Shown here one piece after another: positions 9,625 to 19,972 of a DNA stretch of 64,000 bases; positions within the stretch are counted from its first letter, which is position 1, and every line of letters starts with the position of its first letter. A program made the translations under genes and the position numbers. The notes under the pieces are model-generated. The model searched no databases and was not told where the DNA came from. It saw only the letters and a program-made list of their open reading frames with translations. This DNA is from a virus: positions 64,001-128,000 of IMG/VR virus record IMGVR_UViG_3300042505_001173; one strand, written 5' to 3'.

Positions 9625-9845
9625 GATCGAATGATAAGCAACGTATCAGTAAATACCTAGAACAACTAACAAAAGAAACCAGTCGCATAATAGAGGAAAT
9701 AGTAGAGTTGACTTATTATATGCGCGGTAGTATACAATATAACGATATGCTCCATTTATCAGTACCGGAACGAACCGCTGTTAGCGAGTTTATTAATACG
9801 AGAATGGAAAGCGAACTTAAAAAACCAAAATTTGCAATATATTAG
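9606..9845 (+). CDS. gp51-like reading frame, probably entered by -1 frameshift from the gp26-like gene
   Basis: Open -1 frame FFFGLLRSNDKQ...YYMRGSIQYNDMLHLSVPERTAVSEFI...; starts at a T9 run, no good independent start. Confidence 0.65.
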   Translation, partial: FFFGLLRSNDKQRISKYLEQLTKETSRIIEEIVELTYYMRGSIQYNDMLHLSVPERTAVSEFINTRMESELKKPKFAIY

Positions 9846-9878
9846 GTGATATAATGAAACATGAAACGCAGGTGAATT

Positions 9879-12800
9879 ATGGGTAAGATGACAGATATTT
9901 TTCAAATTGTCACACCGTCAACACCTACTTCGGTTGTTCAAGACAATCAATTGATGGATACCGGTTACGCTGCAACTAGCAATTACACGTGGTATCAGAG
10001 ACTAATACAAGGTAGTGGTACTAGACTCACACGTTATAACGAATATGACGTCATGGATAACGATGTCGAGGTAGCTAGAGCTTTAGATATTATCGCAGAA
10101 GAAATGACGGGTAGAAATACAAAGACAAGTCTACCAATTGAACTTAAAATTCTAGACGAAAAACATGCTAATACCGAAGATACAATTGTATTAACGTTAC
10201 GCACCGCATGTCACCATTGGTGTAAAATACACGGGTTTGATGCAAATAGATTATTTAAATTATCTAGAAACATGGTAAAATACGGTGATTGTTTCTTTAG
10301 AAAATCATCTAATTTTAAAAAATGGGAGTGGATACCATCAGGTGCGATAGTAGGTGCAATCGTAGATGACCGTGACGTTACAAATGTTTTAGGTTATCGT
10401 ATCCGTACAGATACTAAATCTACTGGTGTAGCTAATAGTACCAGTTCACCTTTTAGAAATGCAGCTGATCATGGTAAGTTTGAGAATGTATCTATTGATA
10501 ACATGGTTGTATTTTCAATAAACGATGATATGTCGGATGCTGCACCATTCGGTGAATCTGTATTGCGTACGGTTTATAAAACACATAAACAAAAAGAATT
10601 ATTAGAAGACGCTATTATTATTTACCGTATACAACGTGCACCTGAACGTAGAGTATTTTACATTGATGTTGGTAAAATGCCTCCACATCGTGTCAAATCA
10701 TACTTAGAAACGATTAAAAATGAAATTAGACAGAAAAAAATACCGTCTAATAATATGAATGGTCAAAGTTCTGTTGATTCTATTTACAATCCTCAGTCAA
10801 TGTTAGAGGACATATTTCTCGCACAAAGATCTGATGGGGTTGGATCAAAGGTTGAAGTACTGCAAGGTGGTTGCTTCTCAATGGATACAAAAGTATCATT
10901 ATTGGATGGTAGAGAACTATCAATTAGTGATATTGAATTAGAATTAGCTGCAGGTAAAGAGCTATGGACATATTCATGCGAAAAGAGTACTGGTAAAGTA
11001 GTACCTGGTATCATTTCTTGGGCTGGTGTTACACGTAAAGCAGCTAATGTTATGCGTCTAACATTTAACAACGGCGAAAGTGTTGTTTGTACACCTGACC
11101 ATCGGTTCTGTGTATACGGTCAAGAATACAAACGTGCACACGAATTTACAATCGGCGATAGTGTTATACCTCTATACCGTCGTAAAGAATGCTTAAACGA
11201 CGATTATCGTCGCGATTATGAACAGTTTTTTGACAATAGTACTAAAACATGGGTTCACACTCATAGAATGGTTGCTGACACTCTTAAAGATACCGCTGTA
11301 AAATATTGGGTGTATAAACCTGAAAAAAGCAACGGTAAATACGAAGTGAGACACCATATTGACTTCAATAGATTTAATAATAGTCCTTCTAACTTGTGTT
11401 TCATGTCATATATAGATCATCGTCATTACCATGCGAAAGTGACTGCAACATTCTTTAGGGATTTAAAGCACTCTAATATTGATGAATATAATAGAATTAA
11501 AGAAGCGAGACATAACTCTATTAGACGGTACTGGGATAACATCACTACTGAACAAATTGAAGCTCGAAGCGCTAAAGCTCGCAAAACTAAAAGTGAGTGG
11601 TCACAAGAACGCAAATCTAACCACAGATTAACAGTATCTAATTCGTTACGAAAATACATTAACGGGTTATCACCGGAACAGCGTGCAGCACGTGATGATG
11701 CATCTCGTAAGCATTTCGGTAAACATGCTAACAGTATTTTTAATGAAAAAATGTTGAATGATTTAGAGTTTAGAGCGCAAGTTTTAGCTAACCGTAGAAA
11801 AGCTTGGACTGATGGAAAACGACAATTGAAAGCTGAGCAGATGTCTGCTCAACAAAAACAACGCCATTCTGACCCTGAATATCAGCGATGGTATAGAAAA
11901 CAGCATCAAGAAAACCAAAAAGTTGTATTTACGCATGATATGTTGAAGTTTGCTATTAATTTAATTAAAGGTAAAACATCTCATCAATTTACGTTAGTTG
12001 ATGTTATTAGAGAGCTTAACGCAAACGAAGAATTAATATCTGAGTTACGTGATTTAAACAAACATAAAAATGTACCAAACTGGAACATTGATGATGGTTT
12101 TACCAGTTCAAATGTAAGAACTATGGTTAAGCAATTTGGTTATGATAGTTGGTATGATTTACGTAAAAATGAAAGTATACACAATCATACAATCGTAAAA
12201 ATTGAGTACTTAGATGATACTGTCGACGTCGGCACGTTAACAATCGATCAAGATGAAGTGCATCATAGTCATCACACCTTCGCGTTAAGTTGCGGGGTGT
12301 TTGTACTAAATTCTCAGCTTGGTGAAAATTCCGATCTGGACTACTTCAGTGATAAAGTATTATGCGGTTTACGTATCCCAAAAGGATGGATGGGCAGACA
12401 CAGAGAAGATTCAGGTGCTGTATTTAACGACGGTAAATTAGGTGCAGCATATATTGAAGAACAACAATTTGCTAAATTCGTTGAAAGGTTACAGGTATAC
12501 GTATCAGCTGTACTAGACTACGAATTCAAATTATTTTTATTTGAAAGTAACATACAAATAGATAACACTATATTTGAAATTGCTTTACCTAAACCATCTA
12601 ACTACGAAAAATACAAACAAGCTGATCTTGATAGTGCTTTATTAGGTACAATTGGTACCGCTGACAGCATTTCATGGTTATCGAAACGTTGGATTGCTAG
12701 AAACTACCTACAAATGAGTGAAGAGCAACTAATTGACAACGAAAACTTGTTGAAACAAGAAAAAGGTATTGATAGTAAAGATAAAACGTTACAATCTATT

Positions 12801-13031
12801 TACGGACCTCAAGCTGAAGGGGATATGGGTGGAGGTTTCGGTGGAGGTATGGGCGGCTTAGGTGGTGATCTCGGAGGTTTTGGAGGTGAATTAGGTGGAG
12901 GTGCTGAAGCAGCTCCGTTTGGTTCAGAAGGAGGAGAAGGTGAAATAGAAGGTTCAGTACCTGCAGAACAAACAGCGCCATTAGGCGGAACCGCTCCCGG
13001 ATCAACTTCAAATGTAGCTTCTCCGCGGTAA
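9879..13031 (+). CDS. Portal protein (T4 gp20-like) with intein
   Basis: LLEDAIIIYRIQRAPERRVFYIDVGKMPP, GSKVEVLQGG, LRIP. Confidence 0.95.
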   Translation: MGKMTDIFQIVTPSTPTSVVQDNQLMDTGYAATSNYTWYQRLIQGSGTRLTRYNEYDVMDNDVEVARALDIIAEEMTGRNTKTSLPIELKILDEKHANTEDTIVLTLRTACHHWCKIHGFDANRLFKLSRNMVKYGDCFFRKSSNFKKWEWIPSGAIVGAIVDDRDVTNVLGYRIRTDTKSTGVANSTSSPFRNAADHGKFENVSIDNMVVFSINDDMSDAAPFGESVLRTVYKTHKQKELLEDAIIIYRIQRAPERRVFYIDVGKMPPHRVKSYLETIKNEIRQKKIPSNNMNGQSSVDSIYNPQSMLEDIFLAQRSDGVGSKVEVLQGGCFSMDTKVSLLDGRELSISDIELELAAGKELWTYSCEKSTGKVVPGIISWAGVTRKAANVMRLTFNNGESVVCTPDHRFCVYGQEYKRAHEFTIGDSVIPLYRRKECLNDDYRRDYEQFFDNSTKTWVHTHRMVADTLKDTAVKYWVYKPEKSNGKYEVRHHIDFNRFNNSPSNLCFMSYIDHRHYHAKVTATFFRDLKHSNIDEYNRIKEARHNSIRRYWDNITTEQIEARSAKARKTKSEWSQERKSNHRLTVSNSLRKYINGLSPEQRAARDDASRKHFGKHANSIFNEKMLNDLEFRAQVLANRRKAWTDGKRQLKAEQMSAQQKQRHSDPEYQRWYRKQHQENQKVVFTHDMLKFAINLIKGKTSHQFTLVDVIRELNANEELISELRDLNKHKNVPNWNIDDGFTSSNVRTMVKQFGYDSWYDLRKNESIHNHTIVKIEYLDDTVDVGTLTIDQDEVHHSHHTFALSCGVFVLNSQLGENSDLDYFSDKVLCGLRIPKGWMGRHREDSGAVFNDGKLGAAYIEEQQFAKFVERLQVYVSAVLDYEFKLFLFESNIQIDNTIFEIALPKPSNYEKYKQADLDSALLGTIGTADSISWLSKRWIARNYLQMSEEQLIDNENLLKQEKGIDSKDKTLQSIYGPQAEGDMGGGFGGGMGGLGGDLGGFGGELGGGAEAAPFGSEGGEGEIEGSVPAEQTAPLGGTAPGSTSNVASPR
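10872..12311 (+). mobile_element. 480-aa intein with HNH endonuclease in the portal
   Basis: QGG|CFSMDTKV...CTPDHRF...HHIDFNRFNNSPSNL...GVFVLN|SQLGE. Confidence 0.9.
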
Positions 13032-13039
13032 CTAACAAT

Positions 13040-13072
13040 AAACCCTTCAACCTAAAAACTGAAGGGTTTTTT
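13040..13072 (+). terminator. Rho-independent terminator
   Basis: AAACCCTTCA...TGAAGGGTTTTTT. Confidence 0.8.
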
Positions 13073-13127
13073 ACCGTTTATACGAACATAAATAATAGAT
13101 GATGTTTAACTAATTACCCGAACTAGA

Positions 13128-13811
13128 ATGACTGATAATTACACTTTAGTATTCACCGACCCTGATAATCTAAATACGATTGAAATTGTACCGTATTCTA
13201 TCGATTATAGTACCTCACTAACTTTTTACGGTAAAAACGCGTTAAACTATTGGCACGATCTTAACAACAACCTATTGCTATTATTAACAAATTTTGGGCA
13301 TAAGAACCCACCATTGCATCCAATTGTTGGTCAAATATGGTATGATGCTACCAATAAACTATTAAAATATTTTGATAAAACCTGGCAAACAATTGTACCA
13401 CCTCAATTAGATTTATCAATGTTTGTGCAACAATCTGGTGATACATTAAACGGAAATTTAATTATTTTAAATCAAGGGTTTAATGCTAAATCGATAACGA
13501 CACGAGGGTACATAGAGCAACAATTAGCTAAATGTACATACGGTGATGAAAAGGGTACATGTTGGGTTAAACATTCTGGTAGTAATTATGTCGTGTTGTC
13601 AACATACGCAACCAAAGCTAAACAAACAGTTACATTACCATTTGAGATGGCTGACACACAATACTCAATTGTTGCTACTACAAACGATACAGCTAATAGT
13701 AACGACGGTTTGCACTGGACTACATACAATAAAACAACCAAAGATTTTCAAATATTTTTTGCGGGTAGTGTACAAACTTTAGCAATAGTAATAACAGGAT
13801 TTGCAAAATGA
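13128..13811 (+). CDS. Short tail-fibre-like protein
   Basis: Shares the N-terminal module (TSLTFYGK...NF...PIVGQIWYD) with the fibres at 35342-44622; CATAAATA upstream. Confidence 0.7.
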   Translation: MTDNYTLVFTDPDNLNTIEIVPYSIDYSTSLTFYGKNALNYWHDLNNNLLLLLTNFGHKNPPLHPIVGQIWYDATNKLLKYFDKTWQTIVPPQLDLSMFVQQSGDTLNGNLIILNQGFNAKSITTRGYIEQQLAKCTYGDEKGTCWVKHSGSNYVVLSTYATKAKQTVTLPFEMADTQYSIVATTNDTANSNDGLHWTTYNKTTKDFQIFFAGSVQTLAIVITGFAK

Positions 13812-14326
13812 AACAATTTCAATATTTAATGGAAATTACAGTTCCTCAAATTAAACAAAACAATAATACCGGGTTTCCAAATACAAAAAAACGTCAAAAT
13901 GTATCACATCTCGTAAACATCAGACATGTTAAATTTGAACCGTATGAACCATCAAACAAGTTAGTAGTTGTAGCTGAAGCATTATCTAACGGTAATACGT
14001 ACCAGCCAATGATTGAATTTAACGATATCGAGTATAGCGAGAACGGTAATAGTAAATTTGAAGGTACAGATGGCGAAGAGCATAAAATAAATAAAATTAT
14101 ATTAAACAGAGTTGATGTAAGCATTAACTGTACCTGTTCTGATTTTAAATTTAGGTTTGCGCACCAACATTATCAAAATAAATCATTAGTTGGTGAGCCA
14201 CCTGAGCAATATGTAAAAGTTCCAGGTTCAAATAGACCTCCAGTTAACCCTGATAATGTACTAGGTGCATGTAAACATATCTTAGCATTAGAACAATATT
14301 TGAAACGTCAAGGTATATTGGTATGA
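13808..14326 (+). CDS. SWIM-type Zn-finger protein
   Basis: CTCSDF...CKH. Confidence 0.7.
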   Translation: MKQFQYLMEITVPQIKQNNNTGFPNTKKRQNVSHLVNIRHVKFEPYEPSNKLVVVAEALSNGNTYQPMIEFNDIEYSENGNSKFEGTDGEEHKINKIILNRVDVSINCTCSDFKFRFAHQHYQNKSLVGEPPEQYVKVPGSNRPPVNPDNVLGACKHILALEQYLKRQGILV

Positions 14327-14862
14327 AATTAATTGAAGTTTTTAGCATGCCTGATTTAGACAAATACACCTACACCGTAGCATCTAAATCATCACATAAA
14401 GAAGTATATCAATTTACGCTTCAAGATGGGCAACGGTTTATTGTTACATTTAAAATGTTATCAACGCCTGAAAGTAGTGAAATTTATTACAAACTGTTAA
14501 ACTACGTAAAAACACCTGAACGTTTAAATGACCCAACAATAGCTGACCAAATACGTAAAAGTCTAGGCGGGATATACTATGTTACATTTCAAGATGCTGC
14601 AAAAGGTGAAAATGAGTATGATGCAACTAACAAAAATATAGATATGTTCTATATTCTTGGTCATGTTACTAAAATTCTTGTAGATTTTACAAAAAATCAT
14701 AAAATTTTAGAGTTAAGTTTTGCGTCTGAGAGTAAAGAGTTGTCTCGTATTAAAGTATACAATAGAATGTCTACAATCATACCTAGATACACTAATTTAA
14801 AATTGTTAACTATTGATAAGGATTCGTCAATATTCAATTATATATTTACATCAAAGCAATAA
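14323..14862 (+). CDS. Hypothetical protein, paralog of the next gene
   Basis: GGIYYVTF...TN...RIKVYNRM matches GGVYEVTF...TN...RVKLYNRI. Confidence 0.7.
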   Translation: MKLIEVFSMPDLDKYTYTVASKSSHKEVYQFTLQDGQRFIVTFKMLSTPESSEIYYKLLNYVKTPERLNDPTIADQIRKSLGGIYYVTFQDAAKGENEYDATNKNIDMFYILGHVTKILVDFTKNHKILELSFASESKELSRIKVYNRMSTIIPRYTNLKLLTIDKDSSIFNYIFTSKQ

Positions 14863-14863
14863 T

Positions 14864-15385
14864 ATGTTATTAAGTGAAATTTTAAAAAAATCAAATGTTC
14901 CGTACGATTTGGTGCGTACATCTCCTGATTTTTTATACACGTTCCATACACCTAGCATGTCAATCGATGTACATATAATACCAAAAAAATGGCCATCTAG
15001 TGAACAGGTCGCAAATGCGTTGCTACGTAAAATAAAAAATAATCAAGACCTCGAAGATTCAAACATGGCTGACTTAAAACAGAAATACGGTGGGGTGTAT
15101 GAAGTGACATTTCAACCTGCGGGGTCAGATTACTTTGGTATGACCAATACTCACGAAGATATGATAAAAATAATGAGTGCAGTAATTCAAATCGTTAAAG
15201 ATTTCGTTTCAACGCACAAAACAGCTGAACTTATGTTTGTTGCAAATAAGAAAGAGAAAGGACGTGTAAAGCTGTATAACAGAATAGTGCAAACGATGCC
15301 TCAATCGAACAATTTTACCTTAGTAGATAAAGTCGATACCGGTGACCGAATACACTATATGCTTGCTAATAATGATTTAATTTAA
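14864..15385 (+). CDS. Hypothetical protein, paralog of the previous gene
   Basis: Start reassigned to ATG 14864 (MLLSEIL). Confidence 0.7.
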   Translation: MLLSEILKKSNVPYDLVRTSPDFLYTFHTPSMSIDVHIIPKKWPSSEQVANALLRKIKNNQDLEDSNMADLKQKYGGVYEVTFQPAGSDYFGMTNTHEDMIKIMSAVIQIVKDFVSTHKTAELMFVANKKEKGRVKLYNRIVQTMPQSNNFTLVDKVDTGDRIHYMLANNDLI

Positions 15386-16281
15386 ACAGCTACCTGACCT
15401 TTAATCGTTGGGTGGCTAGTATAATTAAGTATTTCGATATCATCGTATTTGATATCTAGTATTGAATTGTATTTTTTACTAAACGATACAGTTGGAATAC
15501 AATCGATAGTTGTACGAGATAATTGTTCTTTTACCTGGTCAATATGGTTCACGTAAATATGTGCATCGCCAATAGTATGGTACAATTTACCCGGTTTCAA
15601 CCCGTGTACATGACATAACATATGTACAAATAACGAATAAAATACAATATTGAACGGAATACCTAAAAAGATATCACCTGATCTTTGATATAGTGTACAA
15701 TCTAGAAATTTATTACCCTTTTCATCAAATCTAACATAGAATTGAGATAATGTATGACAAGGAGGCAATGCCATCTCATCTATATTAGCTACATTCCATG
15801 CTGTAACTATCATTCGTCTACTATAAGGGTCTCGGTTTAACAAATCTTCCAATTGTATAATTTGATCAATCTCACGCGTAAATATAACCGATTGAGAATC
15901 CCATGAAATACGGCTCATATTTTGAGATATACAATAATTGTACTCAGTAGGTGATGTAACTATACGTGTATCATTCCAATGACGCCATTGTTTTCCATAG
16001 ACTTTATTTAAATTACCATCTTCATCAGCCCATTCATTCCAAATACGTACACCACTATCTTGTAAGTATTTGATATTGTCGCTACCTGATAACATCCAAA
16101 TCAATTCATGAATAATAGCTGGATAATGAATTTTTTTAGTAGTTAATAACGGTAATTTGTAGTCACTAATATCATATTCAGCATTTACGTTAAATTTTGA
16201 ATATGTATCAGTTCCGGTACGATTTGATCTCAAATCACCTGAATTGTACACATCAGATAAAATTCTTAAATATTCTTTCAT
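15382..16281 (-). CDS. thyA: Thymidylate synthase
   Basis: NRTGT, MALPPCH, YQRSGDIFLGIPFN, DAHIY. Confidence 0.97.
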   Translation of the reverse strand: MKEYLRILSDVYNSGDLRSNRTGTDTYSKFNVNAEYDISDYKLPLLTTKKIHYPAIIHELIWMLSGSDNIKYLQDSGVRIWNEWADEDGNLNKVYGKQWRHWNDTRIVTSPTEYNYCISQNMSRISWDSQSVIFTREIDQIIQLEDLLNRDPYSRRMIVTAWNVANIDEMALPPCHTLSQFYVRFDEKGNKFLDCTLYQRSGDIFLGIPFNIVFYSLFVHMLCHVHGLKPGKLYHTIGDAHIYVNHIDQVKEQLSRTTIDCIPTVSFSKKYNSILDIKYDDIEILNYTSHPTIKGQVAV

Positions 16282-16796
16282 GATATTATATCCCACTTTA
16301 TCATAGCTTCAGCACGTTTAATAGCATCGAGTTTTGAAACATACATTAAACGTTTAGCAATTAAATGATCTAATTCTGCGCAGTTCCATAGCATCTCACC
16401 GGACAAACACGTTATTAATGCTGTATTCGCTACATACGGTACCCATATTGAGCATTTAGTATTAGCACGACATAACGCATTGAATTCTTCGCGAGTTTCA
16501 ATACCTAGCGGCACTTCTTCGTTGTTCACTAAACAATTAGAGTTGATACGTTTATATTCCCACCCGGGTACGAACATAGGTGTTTTAGCTTCACATTTAT
16601 ACCAAATAGTACTTCCATCACCCTTAAACATCCACCATTTATGAGGTGTATTAGATTGCTCACAATCTTGTACCCATAATTTTAGTAAACATAAATGTGG
16701 GTGTGTGCTAGTTGCAGGTACAGCGTTTTTAATATCATCAGCTGTTAATTTAGTTGTTACATACACTACTTCACCGTTACTTTGTGTTACTATCAT
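16278..16796 (-). CDS. Hypothetical protein
   Basis: ORF in operon; GGAGG RBS before MIVTQ. Confidence 0.65.
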   Translation of the reverse strand: MIVTQSNGEVVYVTTKLTADDIKNAVPATSTHPHLCLLKLWVQDCEQSNTPHKWWMFKGDGSTIWYKCEAKTPMFVPGWEYKRINSNCLVNNEEVPLGIETREEFNALCRANTKCSIWVPYVANTALITCLSGEMLWNCAELDHLIAKRLMYVSKLDAIKRAEAMIKWDIIS

Positions 16797-17253
16797 AATA
16801 TACCTCCGGTTTTCTTTCCCATGGAAAATACACAAACGGTGCATTATCAGGTATCTCAGTAGTAAAGATTATATTTGGTACAATTTGCTGACATAACTTT
16901 GTAGATGAATATTTTGCTACTAGTACAGCAATATCTACAGTACAGTCTTTTTGATAATGTTTTGCACATGTTAATAATGTGTAGCCACTGTCAAGAATAT
17001 CATCAACAATAAGAATTTTTGAACCCGGTTTAATTTCAGGTAATATTGTATCGTGCCAATCTAAATTATCACCTTTCGATAATTCATGAGATACATCAGC
17101 AACATACATTGGTACACATAAATGATGAGACAAATATACAGCAGGAATTAACCCGCCACGTTTTAATCCAATAATGCAATCATACTTAGTTTGTATTCTA
17201 ATGTACAGGTTATCCATCATTTGTTTGAAATTTCGATCGTTGTAAATGATCAT
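16777..17253 (-). CDS. Type I phosphoribosyltransferase
   Basis: GLKRGGLIP, ILIVDDILDSGYT, FPWE. Confidence 0.9.
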   Translation of the reverse strand: MIIYNDRNFKQMMDNLYIRIQTKYDCIIGLKRGGLIPAVYLSHHLCVPMYVADVSHELSKGDNLDWHDTILPEIKPGSKILIVDDILDSGYTLLTCAKHYQKDCTVDIAVLVAKYSSTKLCQQIVPNIIFTTEIPDNAPFVYFPWERKPEVYYDSNTK

Positions 17254-17828
17254 AATAATGTATTCCACATTTTGTTAATTTGTGAGAAGGATTTTAATAT
17301 ATTTCTTGCATCAACTAAAGCATTTCTTTTGCCTTGTTTTATGTTTAGCAAATTATAAATCTCAACCTTTTTGACAGCGCCCAATAAAACAAAACCTAAA
17401 GTGCTTAAATCGTATACATGAGTACTAAAATTAAGATCGATATCGACACGCTTGAACATTGCATCAAAGAACGGTAATGTAAACGAACCGGTATTATGAC
17501 CAATTACGGTAATAGCACGTGTATCAAAATGATCAAGTATGAAACCACCCATTTCTTCGATAGCTTCATAGAATGGAATCCCGTTTGCTGTTAAATGTTC
17601 AATTGTAAAACCATTGATACCTAAGGCTTCTTTATCCCAACATACATTTGGAATATCAGTATAATCAATCTCAACATACATTTCATCGATTTTATTAAAT
17701 TTTTCATCGACGACAATTAAACCAGCACTAATAACAGCGTAGCTTAAATCATCAACCCCTTTTGTAGGTTCACGTGAGTTGCTAAAGTTTAACCCACTTG
17801 TTTCACAGCTTAACACTAGATATTTCAT
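17250..17828 (-). CDS. DEDDh 3'-5' exonuclease-fold protein with degenerate active site
   Basis: LSCETSG, GHNTGSFT, RNALVDA. Confidence 0.75.
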   Translation of the reverse strand: MKYLVLSCETSGLNFSNSREPTKGVDDLSYAVISAGLIVVDEKFNKIDEMYVEIDYTDIPNVCWDKEALGINGFTIEHLTANGIPFYEAIEEMGGFILDHFDTRAITVIGHNTGSFTLPFFDAMFKRVDIDLNFSTHVYDLSTLGFVLLGAVKKVEIYNLLNIKQGKRNALVDARNILKSFSQINKMWNTLL

Positions 17829-17829
17829 T

Positions 17830-18798
17830 TTAATCCTTACACAATAAATTAACCGCAACTTTTGCTTCAAAACCTTTTTTTGCATTTTGTAACAATGACA
17901 TGTACACAAACATATATCCAAACCTGATGATTGACTGGTTTATATCTTTACATTCACCCGTATCTGGTATACTTACTTCCCAACCTGCATTGATAGCGTT
18001 AAACGCTGCAGATTTACCATTACCGTATCTATCAGGGATATAAATCTTTCTTCTTCTAGACTGGTTTATTACTTTAATTTTAGCAGGTGATAAATCGCCA
18101 CCGTTAATTGCTATACCTTTTAAATGGTAACAATCAAAAAATCCTTCCGTAATGAACAATGGTTCGTCTATATCAGTATGTAATCGATTATAACCGTATA
18201 ATATTACACTATCGCCAGTTACCATTGAATTTTCATATCGATGTTTAGTTTTTAAAAAACTCCGTCCTTGATAGAAAATTAACTTACCATCCCGGTAAAA
18301 TGGAATTATCAATCTACCGTACCATTTTTTCTCAAAAGCTGATGTTTTTCCTAATGATAAGAAGAAGTTATCATCGTTAACGATACCTCGCTGTTCAAGA
18401 TATTCTATTGCAACATTTGACCATACATCTGCACCATCTGTTTTAATTCGATAAAATGATTGAGGTAATGGTAATTCAACTATAGGGTTATCATCTTTTA
18501 TAATAACCGTTTTCTTTGTTGGTGTTTTACCTAAATTAGCTAATTGAATTTTTTGTATTTCTTCTTTTGGAATGTTAAAAGCTAACAACACATCCATCAT
18601 TTGATCAGAAATATGTGAGTTTTTGTAGAATATTGATTTACACCCACAATTAAAGCAATTATACGCTACTTCGCTATCAGATAATAAGAACCCACCTCTT
18701 ACTTTATAATCATGGCATACTGCACACTTAGTAGTAAACCAACCTTTATTGTTTGCATGGGTAGATAATGTTACATATTTTCGAATTAACTCTTCCAT
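17830..18798 (-). CDS. DNA primase (T4 gp61-like)
   Basis: CAVC...CFNCG Zn ribbon, YLEQRG, RLIIPF, TEGFFD, PDR, KDIN. Confidence 0.9.
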   Translation of the reverse strand: MEELIRKYVTLSTHANNKGWFTTKCAVCHDYKVRGGFLLSDSEVAYNCFNCGCKSIFYKNSHISDQMMDVLLAFNIPKEEIQKIQLANLGKTPTKKTVIIKDDNPIVELPLPQSFYRIKTDGADVWSNVAIEYLEQRGIVNDDNFFLSLGKTSAFEKKWYGRLIIPFYRDGKLIFYQGRSFLKTKHRYENSMVTGDSVILYGYNRLHTDIDEPLFITEGFFDCYHLKGIAINGGDLSPAKIKVINQSRRRKIYIPDRYGNGKSAAFNAINAGWEVSIPDTGECKDINQSIIRFGYMFVYMSLLQNAKKGFEAKVAVNLLCKD

Positions 18799-18829
18799 AT
18801 CGATTTTTCATATTAAAATCAATATTATA

Positions 18830-19312
18830 TTATTTTTTTGTATAGACCACAAATGCTAAATCAGGGTGACCACTATCAATTTGTTCTTTATTAAAATTTA
18901 CTAATGGTTGTCCGGGAAACTGTTGATCGCATTCATAATTACGGTTAATAACAGATAGGTAAACTGTATCGCATTGTTTAATTGTTGTTTGGTATAATTT
19001 TGTACCACCAATAATGAATATCTCTTTATCGGTTTGAATATCTTCCAAATTTAAAACAGTTGTAGCACCTTTACACAAATTATCAGTATCAGAAGTAATT
19101 ACGTAACATTCACGGTTAGGTAAAACAGATTCACCTATATCTCTTAAACCGGCAATCTCGTTATACGTGTTTCTACCCATAACAACACAATGACCATCTG
19201 TTAATTGTTTGAAACGTTTCAAATCTAATTTACTAAAATCTTCACCTAACCATGGAATTTGCTTATCTTTAGCCATTCCACCCATAATATCACAACATGC
19301 TATTAACTTCAT
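18830..19312 (-). CDS. folA: Dihydrofolate reductase
   Basis: IPW, DLKRFKQLT, VMGRNTY, LPNR, IIGG. Confidence 0.95.
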   Translation of the reverse strand: MKLIACCDIMGGMAKDKQIPWLGEDFSKLDLKRFKQLTDGHCVVMGRNTYNEIAGLRDIGESVLPNRECYVITSDTDNLCKGATTVLNLEDIQTDKEIFIIGGTKLYQTTIKQCDTVYLSVINRNYECDQQFPGQPLVNFNKEQIDSGHPDLAFVVYTKK

Positions 19313-19392
19313 TTTAAACCTATGGTATTTTAAAGGGAAACATATCAAATTTAAATGACAATATTGGTATAGTGTTATATAATCAATTAACA

Positions 19393-19626
19393 CTAATCAT
19401 TGGGAGACTCAATTCTCTTAAGTTCTCCGGTATGCGCTTCGAGATCAGCTGAAAACTGTATTAGGTGTAATTCACGTACATTAACAAATTTTGTCCAAGA
19501 TACATCATCATCGATAGGTGTTATTTCAATGAAATGGTCCACTGACCTAACGACTGAATTAGGTTTATTAACGTACCTACCTGTACATTTAACCTCAATA
19601 TCCCCGTACAAATAATTTTTACTCAT
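19393..19626 (-). CDS. Hypothetical protein
   Basis: ORF overlapping the upstream gene. Confidence 0.6.
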   Translation of the reverse strand: MSKNYLYGDIEVKCTGRYVNKPNSVVRSVDHFIEITPIDDDVSWTKFVNVRELHLIQFSADLEAHTGELKRIESPND

Positions 19627-19861
19627 CCCACTCCCAACCGTTACCGATTTGATCTACTTCTTCACGTGAGTCGTCGAGATACACATCGAGCCATCTATTA
19701 ACTGTTTGGTATACTATATCGTTTACAGTATCATGTACCGCATCGGATTCATCAATGGTTATACCATATACATACAACATCTCTTCGCTATCCATGCGTT
19801 TAAGATCTTTCCGTACTGCTGTTTCAATTTGTTGCAAATATCTATTATTGTGTTTACTCAT
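19619..19861 (-). CDS. Hypothetical protein
   Basis: ORF. Confidence 0.6.
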   Translation of the reverse strand: MSKHNNRYLQQIETAVRKDLKRMDSEEMLYVYGITIDESDAVHDTVNDIVYQTVNRWLDVYLDDSREEVDQIGNGWEWDE

Positions 19862-19902
19862 TGGAGAACTTACTGATTATCTAAAAAAATTCTATTTAGA
19901 CT

Positions 19903-19935
19903 AAAAAAAAGCGTTATATAAAAATATAACGCTTT
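19903..19935 (-). terminator. Terminator after the TROVE/vWA gene
   Basis: AAAGCGTTATAT...ATATAACGCTTT followed by a U8 run on the minus strand. Confidence 0.75.
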
Positions 19936-19972
19936 GAGGTAGGACACTATATTAAAAACATCTAACAACTAA

